A DNA stretch of 62,370 nucleotides, filler included, from Collodictyon triciliatum (taxonomy: Eukaryota), in NCBI GenBank assembly GCA_043381765.1. It is 6 parts of 6 records of this genome, joined end to end, with 100 filler letters (N's around TTAATTAATTAA, not from the genome) between each part and the next. Parts side by side here need not be neighbours in the genome. Positions count along the whole stretch, not along the records: positions 36,943 to 46,523 come from JBHJMP010002957.1; positions 46,624 to 56,202 come from JBHJMP010002958.1; positions 56,303 to 62,370 come from JBHJMP010002988.1; 3 more parts are not named here. The stretch is one strand, 5' to 3'. The stretch's first letter is position 1. Each line of letters begins with the position of its first letter. Positions 42,591-56,349 of the stretch are shown piece by piece. A model generated the notes under the pieces. That model searched no databases and was not told the DNA's origin. It saw nothing but the letters and a program-made list of their open reading frames with translations. The position numbers and the translations under genes were made by a program.

Positions 42591-43875
42591 TTAGGCAGCA
42601 ATATTTTGTGTCGAAAGGATTTAGGGTAGGCCATAGACGCCGAGACTCGCCAAAATTTTCATTTTATAAAAAACTGAATATGAAATTCCAGTGTATGCGA
42701 CAATAAACGAACGTATCAACCAAAAAAAAAAAATTACGAAAGGATTAGAATAACATTCATCCTCGCTAAGAATCTATTTTTTTTTAAAAGCAAGAGGTGA
42801 GACGTATTTCGAAAACATGATCTGGAAAGACTCTCAATATTCCAATATTTTCATCTGAATTGTGCATAAATATAATAAGATAATTATAACTTTTATCAGA
42901 CAAAGGGAAAATGAGAAAATCGTTATATTCATCTGGACCTCGACTCGCTTTTTTTCTGTTATCTGATTCTATCAAAAGTAGTTTTTTAAAAAAACGGAGT
43001 TATTGTTAAACAGTGATATATTGAAAGGAAAAAAAAGGATGTTTATCAAGAAGATATCTCTTATCTTTCATAATATAAACAAGGAGAGCCCAAAACGGTA
43101 TAGAAATCCAAACCAACAAACCGATCTCGTCTCTACTGTTTCTTATTTAAATATACTCTTATTATTATTATAATAATAATGATAATAATAAAATAAAAAA
43201 TTCTTCAATAAACCTACCAAGGATACTATTTTGACATGTATCTACAAAAATCTGTTATATGAAGGAGAAGGGTCGCTTTTATATATTTTATTTTGTGTCC
43301 AGTAATAATATTCTGCTTAGTAAGAAAATGACTATCTGGTATATAAGACATTAGAAACTTTCTCACTTTTCATGGCGTTCGTAAAAAAAAATCAACCGAT
43401 TTTTTTTTTGGAAATCATAGTATGAATATTTTATAAGGTTGTTTTTATGTTCTTTGAATCAAATAAAGGAAAAAGGGTTAATTTAGGGTCAGACTTTCTT
43501 CTGTAAATATTCTCAACCCTCTTGAGTCTATGGTGATGAGCCGTGAATCCAGTTTCTGTACTAAGCTGGCCTGGAGCCTTGTCCAACACGAGTCACTGCT
43601 TTCAACCGAGGCGCATATAATTACATCAGACTGTAAATATAATCTAAATGACTTCTTTCAATGGACTTGAATAAAGGTAAAAAATGACAGTTTCTTCGAT
43701 TTTAAAATAAAATATAGTGGTTTGATTTTTTTTTTATTCTTCACAGGCTTGGCTGTTTATGCTCCTATCAAGAAAACAATGGCTGGCGAACAAAAAGACA
43801 ACATTTCCACCACCCTGCACAAAATTGAAAGAGAGAATAAAAAAATGCTCCTATCAAGAATCTTGTAGGTCAGTT

Positions 43876-46523
43876 TCAAATTGAAAGTAGCTGATCTTCT
43901 ATCCGTGAGAAGGATGGCCTTTTAGTTGGATCACTATCCCAACAGTCTTTGATTATTTTCGATAATAATGGATGAACTTCAGATGGAATGACAGGTCTGA
44001 TCCCATTTATCACTTCCATCGCAAGCTTAAATGGGTCGATGTTATCGTACGGTTTTTTTCTTGTACAGACTTCCCATGATAATATAGAGAAGCTGTAAAC
44101 ATCAGCTGACTCGTCGTACTTTAACCCTTTTAATACCTTTATTTTTTTTTAAGAAATTAAGAAATCAAACCTTTGTTTCATTTTTCATATAAATTATTTA
44201 GTGGTAGTCCAAACCTCCGGAGCTATCCATGCTTTTGTGCCGCATTTTGTCATCGTTTGATTATTAGCCTTAACTCTAGCCAATCCAAAATCTGTTATTT
44301 TTGCTACCACTGGATCATCTTGGAACATCTAATATTTTTTATTTATCGTTCATTTTTAATTATTTATCTTGATTATCTTTGCACAAGAAGAAAAAATCAT
44401 TTCGTAATCATACCAAGACATTATCACTTTTCAAGTCTCTATGGAAAACCGGTTTTTCTCTTGAGTGAAGATATTTCATAGCACTTGATACATGCCTCAG
44501 TATCGTTTTTTGTTTTTCAAAGGTTATAATATTCTAAAGGATATATTTGTTGTGTTAGCAAAGAAGAATTATCTATTATACATATCCACATAAGGGTTTT
44601 AAAATATGATATCAATGAAAATACCGATTTGTTTTCTAAATAAGTCGATAGACTCCCTAATGATGCATATTCTAGGACTATACAAAGATTCGGCTGTTCT
44701 AAGCACACCCCATGGAAATTGACTATGTGCTCATGACGAAAACTCCTATTTTGCGTTTAATATTAGTAAAAAAAATATGTAGGGGTATATGGTCCTTTTT
44801 TTTTGGCTTCAGTTTAACAGTTAATTGAGAAAAAAAGCCGGAGAACCACTTTGTATTGCATGTTTTATCTGTATAAATGTGTATTATTTTTTTTAAAGAA
44901 TGCATGGTTTTCTTCTATAGGCAAAGAAAATTACTTAATTGTAAGTACTTCTGACATCAATGAAAAAAGCTGCTTCTCTGGCATCTTTTGCCTTATAAAT
45001 TTCTTCACAGCGACTTTTTTATCTCCTATCATTCCTAAGTAAACGGTTCCGTATGATCCAGAACCTAATTCTTTCGTGCTTATGTTTATATCCTCGTATC
45101 TTATTTGGTATGAATCCTACATATTTGGCAATTAAGTCTGTGTAAAAAAAAATCTCCATTTTTTTGGGTCAGATAGAGTATATTTCTATGATTTGATTAT
45201 TTCTTTTGTCCTTTTTTTATAAAAAAAAACCTCATCAGATGTCACATCTCTTTTCTCCTCATCACTTATTAACACAGAGGAAGGGTTGAGTTCATCCGAA
45301 AAATACTTTACTCTCTCTTTCAATATTTCAGAAGTGATCTTTTTTTTTTAAAAAAAATAAAATAATGAATTTAGTTTATATAATAAAGTTTAATAATACG
45401 AAACAAAAGAAATTGCTTTCCTACCTCGTAAAGATGCTCCGGAGCATCAAGGCCTTTCATTTCGTGATGTCCGAGGTCTCTTACAGTTATGTTACCAAGA
45501 GTGTTCAGTTCGTTGTAAATTGCCTATTCATTGATCTTTTGTCAGTGACATTAGACTACAAAATGTATATTTATAGTATATATAATCATTATCAAAAAAT
45601 GTATATTATGGCTATGTGCTGACATTGTAAACTGCTTCCCCGATAACGATTTGTCCACCTTTAGGATAAGAGCCAATCCTTGCTGCTGTATTTACTACTG
45701 GTCCATAGTAATCCATTCTACCAGTAACAGGGTCTTCTCTACATAGAGGTGCACCCGTATGTATTCCCTTAAAGAAAATATGAAACATATTTTTAGTTTT
45801 TAATTTGGCATGCTTAGATTTTTACTCTCCACTCTTCAAAAGAGATCCAAGGAAAAGCGAAACAATAAAGACATGATTAGTGAAAAAAATTAATTTGGTT
45901 AATATATTCAAATTTTTAACAACCATTCGAACTCTTATTCCTCTAAATATCAGCCCTTTCGGGGTTCTAACAATCGAAGTAGAAGGATGATTCAGTATAT
46001 TTGATGGCCAATCTGCTAGTAGAAGCATTTCTTGGGCTTGCAAAGCAAACTTTACAGCATTCAATATTGAGTCAAATGCAATCATGAACGCGTCTCCTTC
46101 TGTTTTAACTTCATAACCCTGAGGAAAAATATAATAATGGAGGTCATTGATTGCTTTGAATCAAATAAATTGACACTATATGTTTATACCAATTGATGTT
46201 TTTTTTTATTATATACACTTGTATAAGATGGTCAAATTAATCTAACCTTGTTTCTTTTAATAACATCTCTCATCGTATCGTTGTGGAGGTTCAACACGTC
46301 GATCATGTCTTCTGGAAATTTACCCCAAAGGGAAGTGGAGCTCTGGATATCTGTAAATATAAGTGCTATTCTTCCAGTAGGAGGAACTTCTTTTGACTTT
46401 AGATTTTTTTTGGTACTAGTCATAGAACCAGAGGTGAAAGAATTGGACGCCGATTCATTTCTTTTAAGACTTATCTGCCGTGTTATTTCACTGAATGTAG
46501 GTCTCTCTTTCGGATCATGAGAC
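43876..46523 (-). CDS. Class III nucleotide cyclase domain fused to a TKL-group kinase (5' end cut by the scaffold end)
   Basis: Cyclase: LIFTDIQSSTSLW, YEVKTEGDAFMIAF, RVRMGIHTG, RMDYYGPVVNTAARI. Kinase: LGSGSYGTVY, VAVKK, HRDLKSDN, DFGLAR, CGTKAWIAPE, DVYSF, CWDSDPTKRPSF. Confidence 0.92.
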
Positions 46524-46623
46524 NNNNNNNNNNNNNNNNNNNNNNNNNNNNNNNNNNNNNNNNNNNNTTAATTAATTAANNNNNNNNNNNNNNNNNNNNN
46601 NNNNNNNNNNNNNNNNNNNNNNN
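46524..46623. other. Artificial scaffold-joining spacer
   Basis: N44-TTAATTAATTAA-N44. Confidence 0.97.
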
Positions 46624-46686
<63 letters not shown>

Positions 46687-46941
46687 AAAAAAACAAAAAA
46701 ACAAAAAAACAAAAAAACAAAAAACAAGAAAACAAAAAAACAAAAAAACAAAAAAACAAAAAAACAAAAAAACAAAAAAACACAAACAAAAAACAAAAAA
46801 ACAAAAAAACAAAAAAACAAAAAAACAAAAAAACAAAAAAACAAAAAACAAGAAAACAAACGCGCGCCACGTTTCGACAGACATCGACCTCCTTACTGCC
46901 ACCGCCAAGCCACCCCCCTCTGCAAATCAGCTTCGGAAAAA

Positions 46942-48051
46942 ATGGTGAAGAAGCTATCAACGAAAGAAAAGGCCAAGAAGGCTGCAAAGTCTTCCACCTC
47001 TCTCAGTGATGAAGCGGTAAGCACAACACAAACACCCCTTCTTTTCGAGCAGTTCCCCAAGTCAATCTCTCTTTCTTCGCCAGAAAGAAACAAGTACCCA
47101 ACAAGTTGCGATAACGCTGCCGTTTTCTTTGCTGAACGCCTCAGATGAACGACGATTCCTCTGTGCAAAAGACACCGACTCTGTCCCAGCAGCAGAAAGG
47201 GATCACCAAGAAGGACAAACTTCGTGCAAAGCGGAATGTAGTTCTCCAAAAGATCGAGTCCAAAGTCAAGCAACCGAAGAAGGCTGCAGCCAAACCGAAA
47301 ACTCCTGCAGAAAAGCTTCAGGAAAAGAAAAAGGAGGCCGTCATGGACACGTTTGCCGAGCTCCACTTGGATCTACCGCAGACGAGCACAAAGGCAAGCT
47401 TATCCCTCCTAATAATTCATTTTCTTTTACATCACATGTATTTATATCATGAGCCTTCCAATTATCCCTAACAGGTTTTTTTATTCTTCTTGATATATCT
47501 CTGTATCCATGTAGCCATTTTCCCCAAAATATTTCAATGATACTTTCATTATCTTGCTACTGAAAAAAAAAACAATGATAAGGTCTTCTCAAGCCTTCTG
47601 TTTTCTATAACTTACCTCATATTATGTTGATAGAGACATGACCCGACTGCTTTCTCTATCGAAAAGAACAAAATTGTATCCAAGATGAAGCAAAGACAAA
47701 AGATTGTGTAAGTGCACCGATTCGTATTATTTGTAGATAAATGACATAAATGTATCGTTCGACGCACGCACACACGCTCAAGTCTTCTAGTATATATATA
47801 CAAAAAAAAACGGTATTAATCGCATATGTGTGTGTGATGATTCTTCACGTAGAGGGAAGGAAAGTGAACACTTCAAAGCTGTCTTGCAGCATCCTTCATT
47901 CAAGGCTGATCCCTTTGAAACCATCCGGCAGCATCTGACAAACAGCATTCAGCTCTCCAATGAGTCATACAATACGCCGCAGGCATCAACTCCCACACCC
48001 CAACCAAAACTGCCACACACAAATACACCAAAGCCTTCAAAGCGGAAGTAA
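46942..48051 (+). CDS. SLX9: Ribosome biogenesis factor SLX9/FAM207A-like, 4 exons
   Basis: Small basic protein with TKKDKLRAKR and C-terminal ESEHFKAVLQHPSFKADPFETIRQHLTNSI. Confidence 0.75.
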
Positions 48052-48374
48052 CCACAACCCTGATACTCTTGACCATTCAGGCCAAAGTCTGCATCGGCTT
48101 GCGTACCATTCCCTCGTATTCTAACAGAACCACGACGCAGGTTATAAATGGACTCGATTCCTTCTTTTCATTTTCTTTCTTTCAAGAATACACAATCTTG
48201 CATATTTTCGTGGCGTGGCTGGATGACAGTTTAGGAAAAAAATTTTTTTTTTCGAAGATACGTGGACTGGGTTGTATTTTTTTTCCATTTTTTTTTAGGG
48301 GTTTATACTGTTTATCTCGAAGGATTCCCTCGTGAAAGAATGCGGCGCATTCGTAGCATTTCGACCGAACGGCT

Positions 48375-51300
48375 CTAGGAAGACTTTGGCTTCTCCACAT
48401 ATGCACGGATGAATGTGAAGAAGGCAAACTCGGCGGCATCTAGCCCCATTTTGTAGACGTAGCGGGAGGCGAGGTAGGCTCCGAAAATGGCCTGCAGATA
48501 GGCTTCAGGGACGCGCTTGCTGAAGTTTTCGTATCCAATCAAAGCAAGCAGCTTCTTTGGAGCAGCCTCTCTATATGTCCCACATTATGTATCATTATTA
48601 TTTAGATTTTTTTTTTTAAAAAAAATAAATTAAGTTCATCCGTCGCTTGTCTATTAATTGTGTGGTATTCAATTCTTTTCTTCCTTTTTTTCACTCCACG
48701 CCACCGATTGCAAGAATGGGCATTAAAGAGCTATGAAGCAGATAAAATATGCTGTTTGGGTTTGCATAGACTTAAATGCGGATGCGATTTACAAAGACAT
48801 ATGTCTAGCTTACGTCAAAATTCTCTGGCGAAGATACATGTCCTTCCATAAAACTGATTGCTTGACGGCATCATTCAAGTTATTGATTTTGGCAGAGATG
48901 CTGTCGGAAAGCAGTGAGCGAGAAGTCCCGGACTTTGCCGATTCGTTCCAGATGCACTCAAACTCAAGTCTGCATATGTTAAGCGAATCACAAACGCTGT
49001 AATCACCTCATATAGTTCAAAATTGAACTGACAAAATAATCCCATCTGTTTGCTTTGTTCCCTCTATTTTGCTTATCAGAATTATTATTATATTATATTA
49101 TAAGGGGGAAAAAAAAATTCAGTTTAAAAGCTTACCTGGCGTTTTCCTCAATCTTCTCTTGTACCTCCTCAACATATTCTTTGTAGAAGTTTGGAATAAT
49201 ACCTTTGCATTTATCACATGGTAACAAAATTAGAATAGGCAGGAAACAAACGTGGTTTACATCTAGAGAGACCCACTATCTGAGCAGGTATATATATATG
49301 AGAAAGTCACCATCCTTCACAGTCATATGCTCGGTAAACTCTTCGTCAGTTAAGGAGAGCGCGGCAAGAACCTCCAACGATGAAGATGTCACACCACCTT
49401 TTGGTGAGTGGACCATCCCAATTTTACAAAATAATGTGGCATTGGGTCTCGATTATTTCTATCCAAAATACATATGAAAGAATATGGAGTATGCAATGCT
49501 GGAGTGGACATGATGGGCTACCTTTGTTTGCAGCTGAATCCTTGAACATAATGACACCAGATGACTCGATTTTCTCTCTGGCCTGGGCTGAGAAGAACAA
49601 ATTCGCTCCCTCCACAATGTACTACAATTTTATCAGAAAAAAATTATATCAAAATTATGAAAAAAAAAATCAATAGAATAGAACAGGGATTGATTCGAAG
49701 GTGTTGCTAGGAGTTATTTAACAAATGAAAAGGGCCAAAGTTGTGAGGAATATCTCATGTCAACCTTGAAGTTGGGCTTCCCTGTCGCTTGGTCAAACAT
49801 CAGATGTACCTTTGATAGTTTCCATCAATCAATTGAACACAATGGCATAAATTAATCACCCCAGCGCGTGTAAGTTAAAAATTGGTCTTCTTGTGATAAA
49901 AAAAAAATTGTTGAAACTCATTCAAGTGTATTGTTACGTTGCTAATGTTGACAGCCTCAGGGCGCCCACCACATGGGACAAAAATGTCTGCACTGGCGTA
50001 CTTTGTAAGATGGAAGTTGTTTCGGAAGATAAGACCGCTGTGTAATGGGCAACACAATTTAGAGTTTGCGTATCTTAGCATGATGATTAATCTGGTTGTT
50101 TCTGAACGACCTGCAGTTTCTCATGAAGGAAAAAAAAAACTGAAACAGGATATTTGTGAGCAAACTAAAATACTTTTCCACAAGAGTTCCATCGGGAAGC
50201 GATCGATTTGACTCATCGATCAAAACCAAGAATCCTTCAGGACTCAGTTTTTTGGAATCAAAGAACTTCACTAAAGCATTTGAAATTGTTAACAAAAGGT
50301 GGAAAAGCGGATATAAGTTCAAATATTTTTGGCTATATAACTAAGATTATATGCGTTTTTTTTTNNNNNNNNNNNNNNNNNNNNNNNNNNNNNNNNNNNN
50401 NNNNNNNNNNNNNNNNNNNNNNNNNNNNNNNNNNNNNNNNNNNNNNNNNNNNNNNNNNNNNNNNNNNNNNNNNNNNNNNNNNNNNNNNNNNNNNNNNNNN
50501 NNNNNNNNNNNNNNNNNNNNNNNNNNNNNNNNNNNNNNNNNNNNNNNNNNNNNNNNNNNNNNNNNNNNNNNNNNNNNNNNNNNNNNNNNNNNNNNNNNNN
50601 NNNNNNNNNNNNNNNNNNNNNNNNNNNNNNNNNNNNNNNNNNNNNNNNNNNNNNNNNNNNNNNNNNNNNNNNNNNNNNNNNNNNNNNNNNNNNNNNNNNN
50701 NNNNNNNNNNNNNNNNNNNNNNNNNNNNNNNNNNNNNNNNNNNNNNNNNNNNNNNNNNNNNNNNNNNNNNNNNNNNNNNNNNNNNNNNNNNNNNNNNNNN
50801 NNNNNNNNNNNNNNNNNNNNNNNNNNNNNNNNNNNNNNNNNNNNNNNNNNNNNNNNNNNNNNNNNNNNNNNNNNNNNNNNNNNNNNNNNNNNNNNNNNNN
50901 NNNNNNNNNNNNNNNNNNNNNNNNNNNNNNNNNNNNNNNNNNNNNNNNNNNNNNNNNNNNNNNNNAAAGAAATTGCAAATTATTAAATATAAATCATGCC
51001 GGGATATTAGTACGAATGAATGTGAACCCGAGTGGGTGACTTTCCCGTAGTGAAAGCCTTCCAGAAAGATGCGCCCCTTTGCTTCGCTCGCTCCGATGCC
51101 CAGTCCATGTAATCAGCTGTCCCTACAGAATTAAAGTTCCAGTTGGTAAATATGATTCGGGCAAAGTTAAAGCCTTTGGAATGTGTTTTATTCTTGTTTT
51201 TAAAACAAAAAGGAAAAGGAAAAGGTAAGCCAAAAATGAAAGGGAAAAAATAAACAAAGAGAGAAACAAAGAGGAAAATAAAGTATCTCAAAAGCACCTT

Positions 51301-54300
51301 CATCTGGGCCCATGAAGAGAATTTCCGTTTTCCCATAATAGTCCACCATGTCATCAGTGGGAAGAAGCTAAATTGGCATTTAGTTATACTGTCTCCCATT
51401 TTTATATATTTTATTTACACAATCAAGGTATGGAGTTGCAAACCAGGTCAATAATTGCATCAATATATTTGCGGAAGGCTATCAAATTTTTGTCCTGATG
51501 GTCCAGGGAAAGAAGGCTGTTATAAAAGTGGATGTTATTAGCTTTAGAAGATTATATCCAAGGAATCGATATGTGAATGGTTTTTATGGTAAAAGTGTCT
51601 GCGTGGAAAGATTTGTATATATACATGGTTCCCTTTGAACCGCCCTCTGGAATGTCCTTGTTCTTTTTCTTTTGAGTGTGAGCCAAATTGTAGTTTTCTT
51701 GGAAGAGACTCGAGACATTTGAATTAAATTGCTACAAAATTTGTATATAATCATTATACTCTTTTCTTCAAATAAATATAAATGTACAGATAAAAATAAA
51801 GAGAAGTGAAGGTAGAGGCAGGGAGGAAGGGGGAGGGGTGATAATCAAAGCATGAGAAAACTGCGAGGTAGGTTCTTCCGATTGCATGAAGAATTGATTT
51901 TATATTTGATTGAGATTATATACGGTCTGTGAAGCAGAACGAATGATACGTATTCCTCCTCGAGCGACATCATCGAAGCGAACTTTTTTTTTTGAACGCG
52001 GGTTGTTTTTAGAGTATTATCAAGATAAAGTGGCACAATGTAGAATATTACTATGAACCTAACTCTAAATTCTCAAAGAAAATAATTGACCAAACCATGA
52101 AATCCGCGGAATTCGGCTCCAATCACGAAGGAGACGGCAAATGGTGTGACTAGGTAATCCTGCTTACTCAAAAAGCCTGTAAGTTTAATTAGTGAGTATT
52201 GATGGTAACACAAAAGAAAACGTAAAGGGTTCAGAGACAGAATTGCATTTTTGTGGCAAATTAGCTTTAATGCAGGGGTAAGAGCTATTCCAGAGCATAA
52301 TCACGTGAATCAAAATCTGGTATTGAATATGGTCGAGTAAAGAAAAGACCTGGGTCCAAGCGGAAAGAAAGAGCTGTTTTATTGGACTTGAAAAAGTTGG
52401 TCTTAAGGATGTGCTTGTTGAAGATGATGAACGAAGAAAGCACCTGGACAGTCAACTCTAGACGAGAACATAGAATATTGAGGAAATACAATGAGGCTAA
52501 TTAATTGTCAGGTAATTATAAAATGTAAAAAAAAAAAAAAGTTTCGTTTTCCAAATGTGCGCATCAGAAGCGGTCAAGTGATGAAAATACAATACAAACC
52601 GTTCTGGGCAGCTCTTTTAATCTTGGATATCAAAGCTTGATAATCAACAGATGAGGGTGCAGTCAGAGGATTAGAGCGGTCAAACGAGACGGCGAAGGCT
52701 TGGTATCTATTTGTTATGGAAAAAAGAATCAATAAGTATCAAAAGGAATAAAAGGATAATGCGTGATTAAAAAAAGTCATGAAGCAAAAAGTAGAAAATC
52801 CTTGAGCTATGATATATAAAAAAAATATTCATACAGGTCTTTGATGAGTGCAGCATTAGCCATAACAACATCCTTGACGCGGTCTAAAGAAAATAAATTA
52901 GAAAAATGCCAGCGATGTAACATATAAGCGCCATATACAAGTACGTCAAATTGACACTGTTGATGGAAAAATTAATGAGCGTTCACATGCAGCAAACAAA
53001 CCTTCACTCAACGCATCGTCACGTAGGCGAGTTCGCAACTTTGACAGCAGCGATGTATAGTGGGAGTCGCGGCTCAGAGTTGAGAGCAACTCAGCATATT
53101 CAGAATCAAAACTGCGTTCATAGTTAGATTTAAATGCAATTTTTCTTTCTTCGTTTGTTCATTTCATTTGTCTCCAATCTGTTTGATTATAAAATCATTT
53201 TGCAAACCTGTTCAAAAATTGATGAACAAACTTCCATCCACAATAAGCATAAGCCACTTGGCTAGCGGTAAGACTGCCATCCAGAAACATTGGAGTGAGC
53301 GAACTTCGGGGCAAAATATAAATCATATTCACCTTTGTACAAAATAACCAATCAGTGTGAGTTGAATTATTAAAAAAAAAAACCTAATTATTTGAATACT
53401 GTAATAAAAAGGGAATATTCACCTCTTTCATCATTCTATTTGCTCTTTCCTCCATGGCGCTATATAAGAGCGACACTTATTTAGATGTCGGTATAATTAG
53501 GATGAAAAATGGAACCAGATAGTGTTATTTTGATTCCTTTCTTATTTTTCTTTTATGCACGCGGAGTAAGATCTGTAGATAGCAACGCTGACGTTTACAA
53601 AATACTCACATTTCTGGGGAAATCGGTGTGTCTGGCACTTTCTTGAGGTTCAAGCTGAAGATGACAGCACCGGTAGAGAATCGCTCAATGTACTTGCGGG
53701 TCGAGTAGAAGCCGTGGGAATGATATCTGCGAGAAAATTCATGGAACATTTTGTGTAACGCAGATGACTTTAATAAAAAGCATCAAAATGGAATAAAATT
53801 GATACCCGGTTACTCGAAGGAAAACCTTTCTTTTAAAATGACTGGAAAGATAAACCATGAATCAACTTACAAGCTTGAAATACCAGAGAAGAAGCTGTGC
53901 GTTGTTCCGTGGTGATAGGCAACGAGCAGTCTGACTTCATCATGTTTAGGATTGTAGGATACTCGGGTGATTGGATGAAGAGATTTTGCCTAGGTGAACA
54001 TTACTATTTGACAAAACTGATTGTAATGACACGAATTAAAGGTGAAAAAATCATCAATTATTATAGAAAAAAAACCAGTTCATTCAACATCTCTTGGAAG
54101 AGAACTTTTGTATTTTCAGACACCCTGGATAACGCACATCAATTCAATTAATGACTTGATGCAATAATGCTATCTACAGACTTGATTTTCTTTGGGGAAT
54201 AAAGTAACTGATACCGATTATTTAGAGAAAGATCAGCTATCTTGCTTAGCTCAGTGACAGAGATATCCTTTGGAGCATTGGACGGGAATACTGGGGTCTA

Positions 54301-55980
54301 GTGGAAAATAGAAAAGCATCCATGATAAACAATTATATGAATTTGAGCACAGCACAAATCATGATACTACAACCGTTGGAGTATCAGGTGTAAGAATTCA
54401 GTAGCATTAGATAATATCATGAACTGTACAAAAGTGAAAGACATTTTATTCGGGAAGAGTGATATGCAAAACAGAATATGAAATTGTAATATAAAAGATG
54501 ATTTGATATGAAAGGAAAACAGAAATAAGGGGGACTTCAGAATATCCCGATCTTTGGCAGTTCATTCACTAATCAACATCGTTTCAAACCTGAACGAAAT
54601 AGAAACGCAAATGCATGTTTGAGTCGGGGGATACTGTGCCAGACGTGCGGTAAACTTGAATTCTATATCCATGAGGCGATGGGATGAAATCTACATCTCT
54701 TTTTTTCGAACTAGAATATCATTAATCCATCATCACTACGGTATCATTTTCTAAGGAAAATATGTATATGTAGAAGCATATCAAGATTATTTATGTCTCC
54801 ATTTGATTGTCAGGGAAGTATCAAGGAGCCTCATAGAAGAATATATCTATGTGTATAGAGGAATCTTACTATCCTTCACCCAAGTAATTCAGCTCGAGGC
54901 GATACTCGACATCTTGCGAGGGCGTTGCAAGCACACCGGGAAAGCTTGGGACGATATACAGCGCATCTTCGGGATGTTCGTTTTGGATACGCAGGTTGAA
55001 CTTGTCTCCCACCGTCTCGGCAAGAATCTTCGCCGAGTAGATGGACAGGATGTGTGATGCAATGCTTTCATCACTGATGGTCTTGAAGTAGTAATCATCC
55101 AAGCCGAGGCAGCTGCGAATCGAGACGCCAAGCAAAGCAGCGAAGAAATCGAACATAAGGCATAAAAGTGTAGATGGTGAAAAGGTATAAGATAGTCATC
55201 TATGCATATTTATCTTCTTTTTTTCTTACAATTTCATATATTTATTTAGTGAGGACTAAGATCGTAGAGAAAGATCAATGCAAGCCTGTAGGCAAAGAAA
55301 TAGCATGCAGTCTTACTTGAAGAACCAGTTAGTCTCTTGACGGACTTTGTCAGGATGAATCAATCCGCGGCGATTGATTTCGTCCTGCACAAGGCGAAGG
55401 CGGGTCGATCCAAGCGACGTTTCAGTAGAGTCCTGATCGATATGTGAATGACGAGTGATAATACCATTAAGGTTTGAAACCCGCAAGGAAGAAACACATA
55501 AATGAGATGAGAAGCCACCACATTGCAGGCCATTCCATATATATATAAAGAAAAACATATCCACAGCTCAAGATATTAGAGTTTAAGACACAAAATTCAG
55601 ACAGATGGTAAGTTATTCTTGTGAGATTATACGGTGGAAAGGAGGGTGTTGTTTTTTATTTTAGAAATGAGAAAAAGCAGCCGATTGAAATAATCTGACT
55701 TGGAGTTTGAAGAAAAAAAGGCTCAACAGCGTAGGCTTTGATGTACTTGACATTCGACGAAAAAAAGGAGGGTGCTGATTCAAGATATGCTCTTTTCTTT
55801 TCTCTTTGTATTTTATTTATTTGTCTATCATGAAGGAATACTCACAAGGTCGGCAAAGAAGTTGGACGGTGGGCTTTTCGGGGTGGAGCTTGCGTTTTTA
55901 GGCCGAGTGGTATTTTCGAAACTGTCCATCGCAAAGACGGCGTTGCTGCTGTTTCCTTGTGATCCAGCGTTATGCTGCAT
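48375..55980 (-). CDS. GDH2: Large NAD-specific glutamate dehydrogenase (fungal Gdh2 type), many introns
   Basis: LGLDDYYF, LKTNFF..KTALSFRLDP, GFHVRFDDVARGGIRII, KNKDIPEGGSKG, FMGPDEGTADYMDWA, FTTGKS, FVPCGGRPE, VEGANLF, KDSAANKGGVTSSSLEVL, IFGAYLASRYVY. Confidence 0.95.
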
Positions 55981-56162
55981 GGCTCTTTGTTTGTGAAGTT
56001 TGTCTCTGAAAGGGAGCGAATAACGAGTAAGAAAATGGTTTACTTTATGGAACACAAAATACGTAAGGATTCCTTCTAACCTTCCTTTTGGGGAGCTTTT
56101 TTTTTTTTTTTGTTTTGTTTTGTTTTTATGTTTTTGTTTTTTTTTTGTTTTTTTGTTTTTTT

Positions 56163-56202
<40 letters not shown>

Positions 56203-56302
56203 NNNNNNNNNNNNNNNNNNNNNNNNNNNNNNNNNNNNNNNNNNNNTTAATTAATTAANNNNNNNNNNNNNNNNNNNNNNNNNNNNNNNNNNNNNNNNNN
56301 NN
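56203..56302. other. Artificial scaffold-joining spacer
   Basis: N44-TTAATTAATTAA-N44. Confidence 0.97.
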
Positions 56303-56349
56303 TATTTTTAATTTTTTTTTATTTTTTTAAAAAAAAAAAAAAAAAAAAG

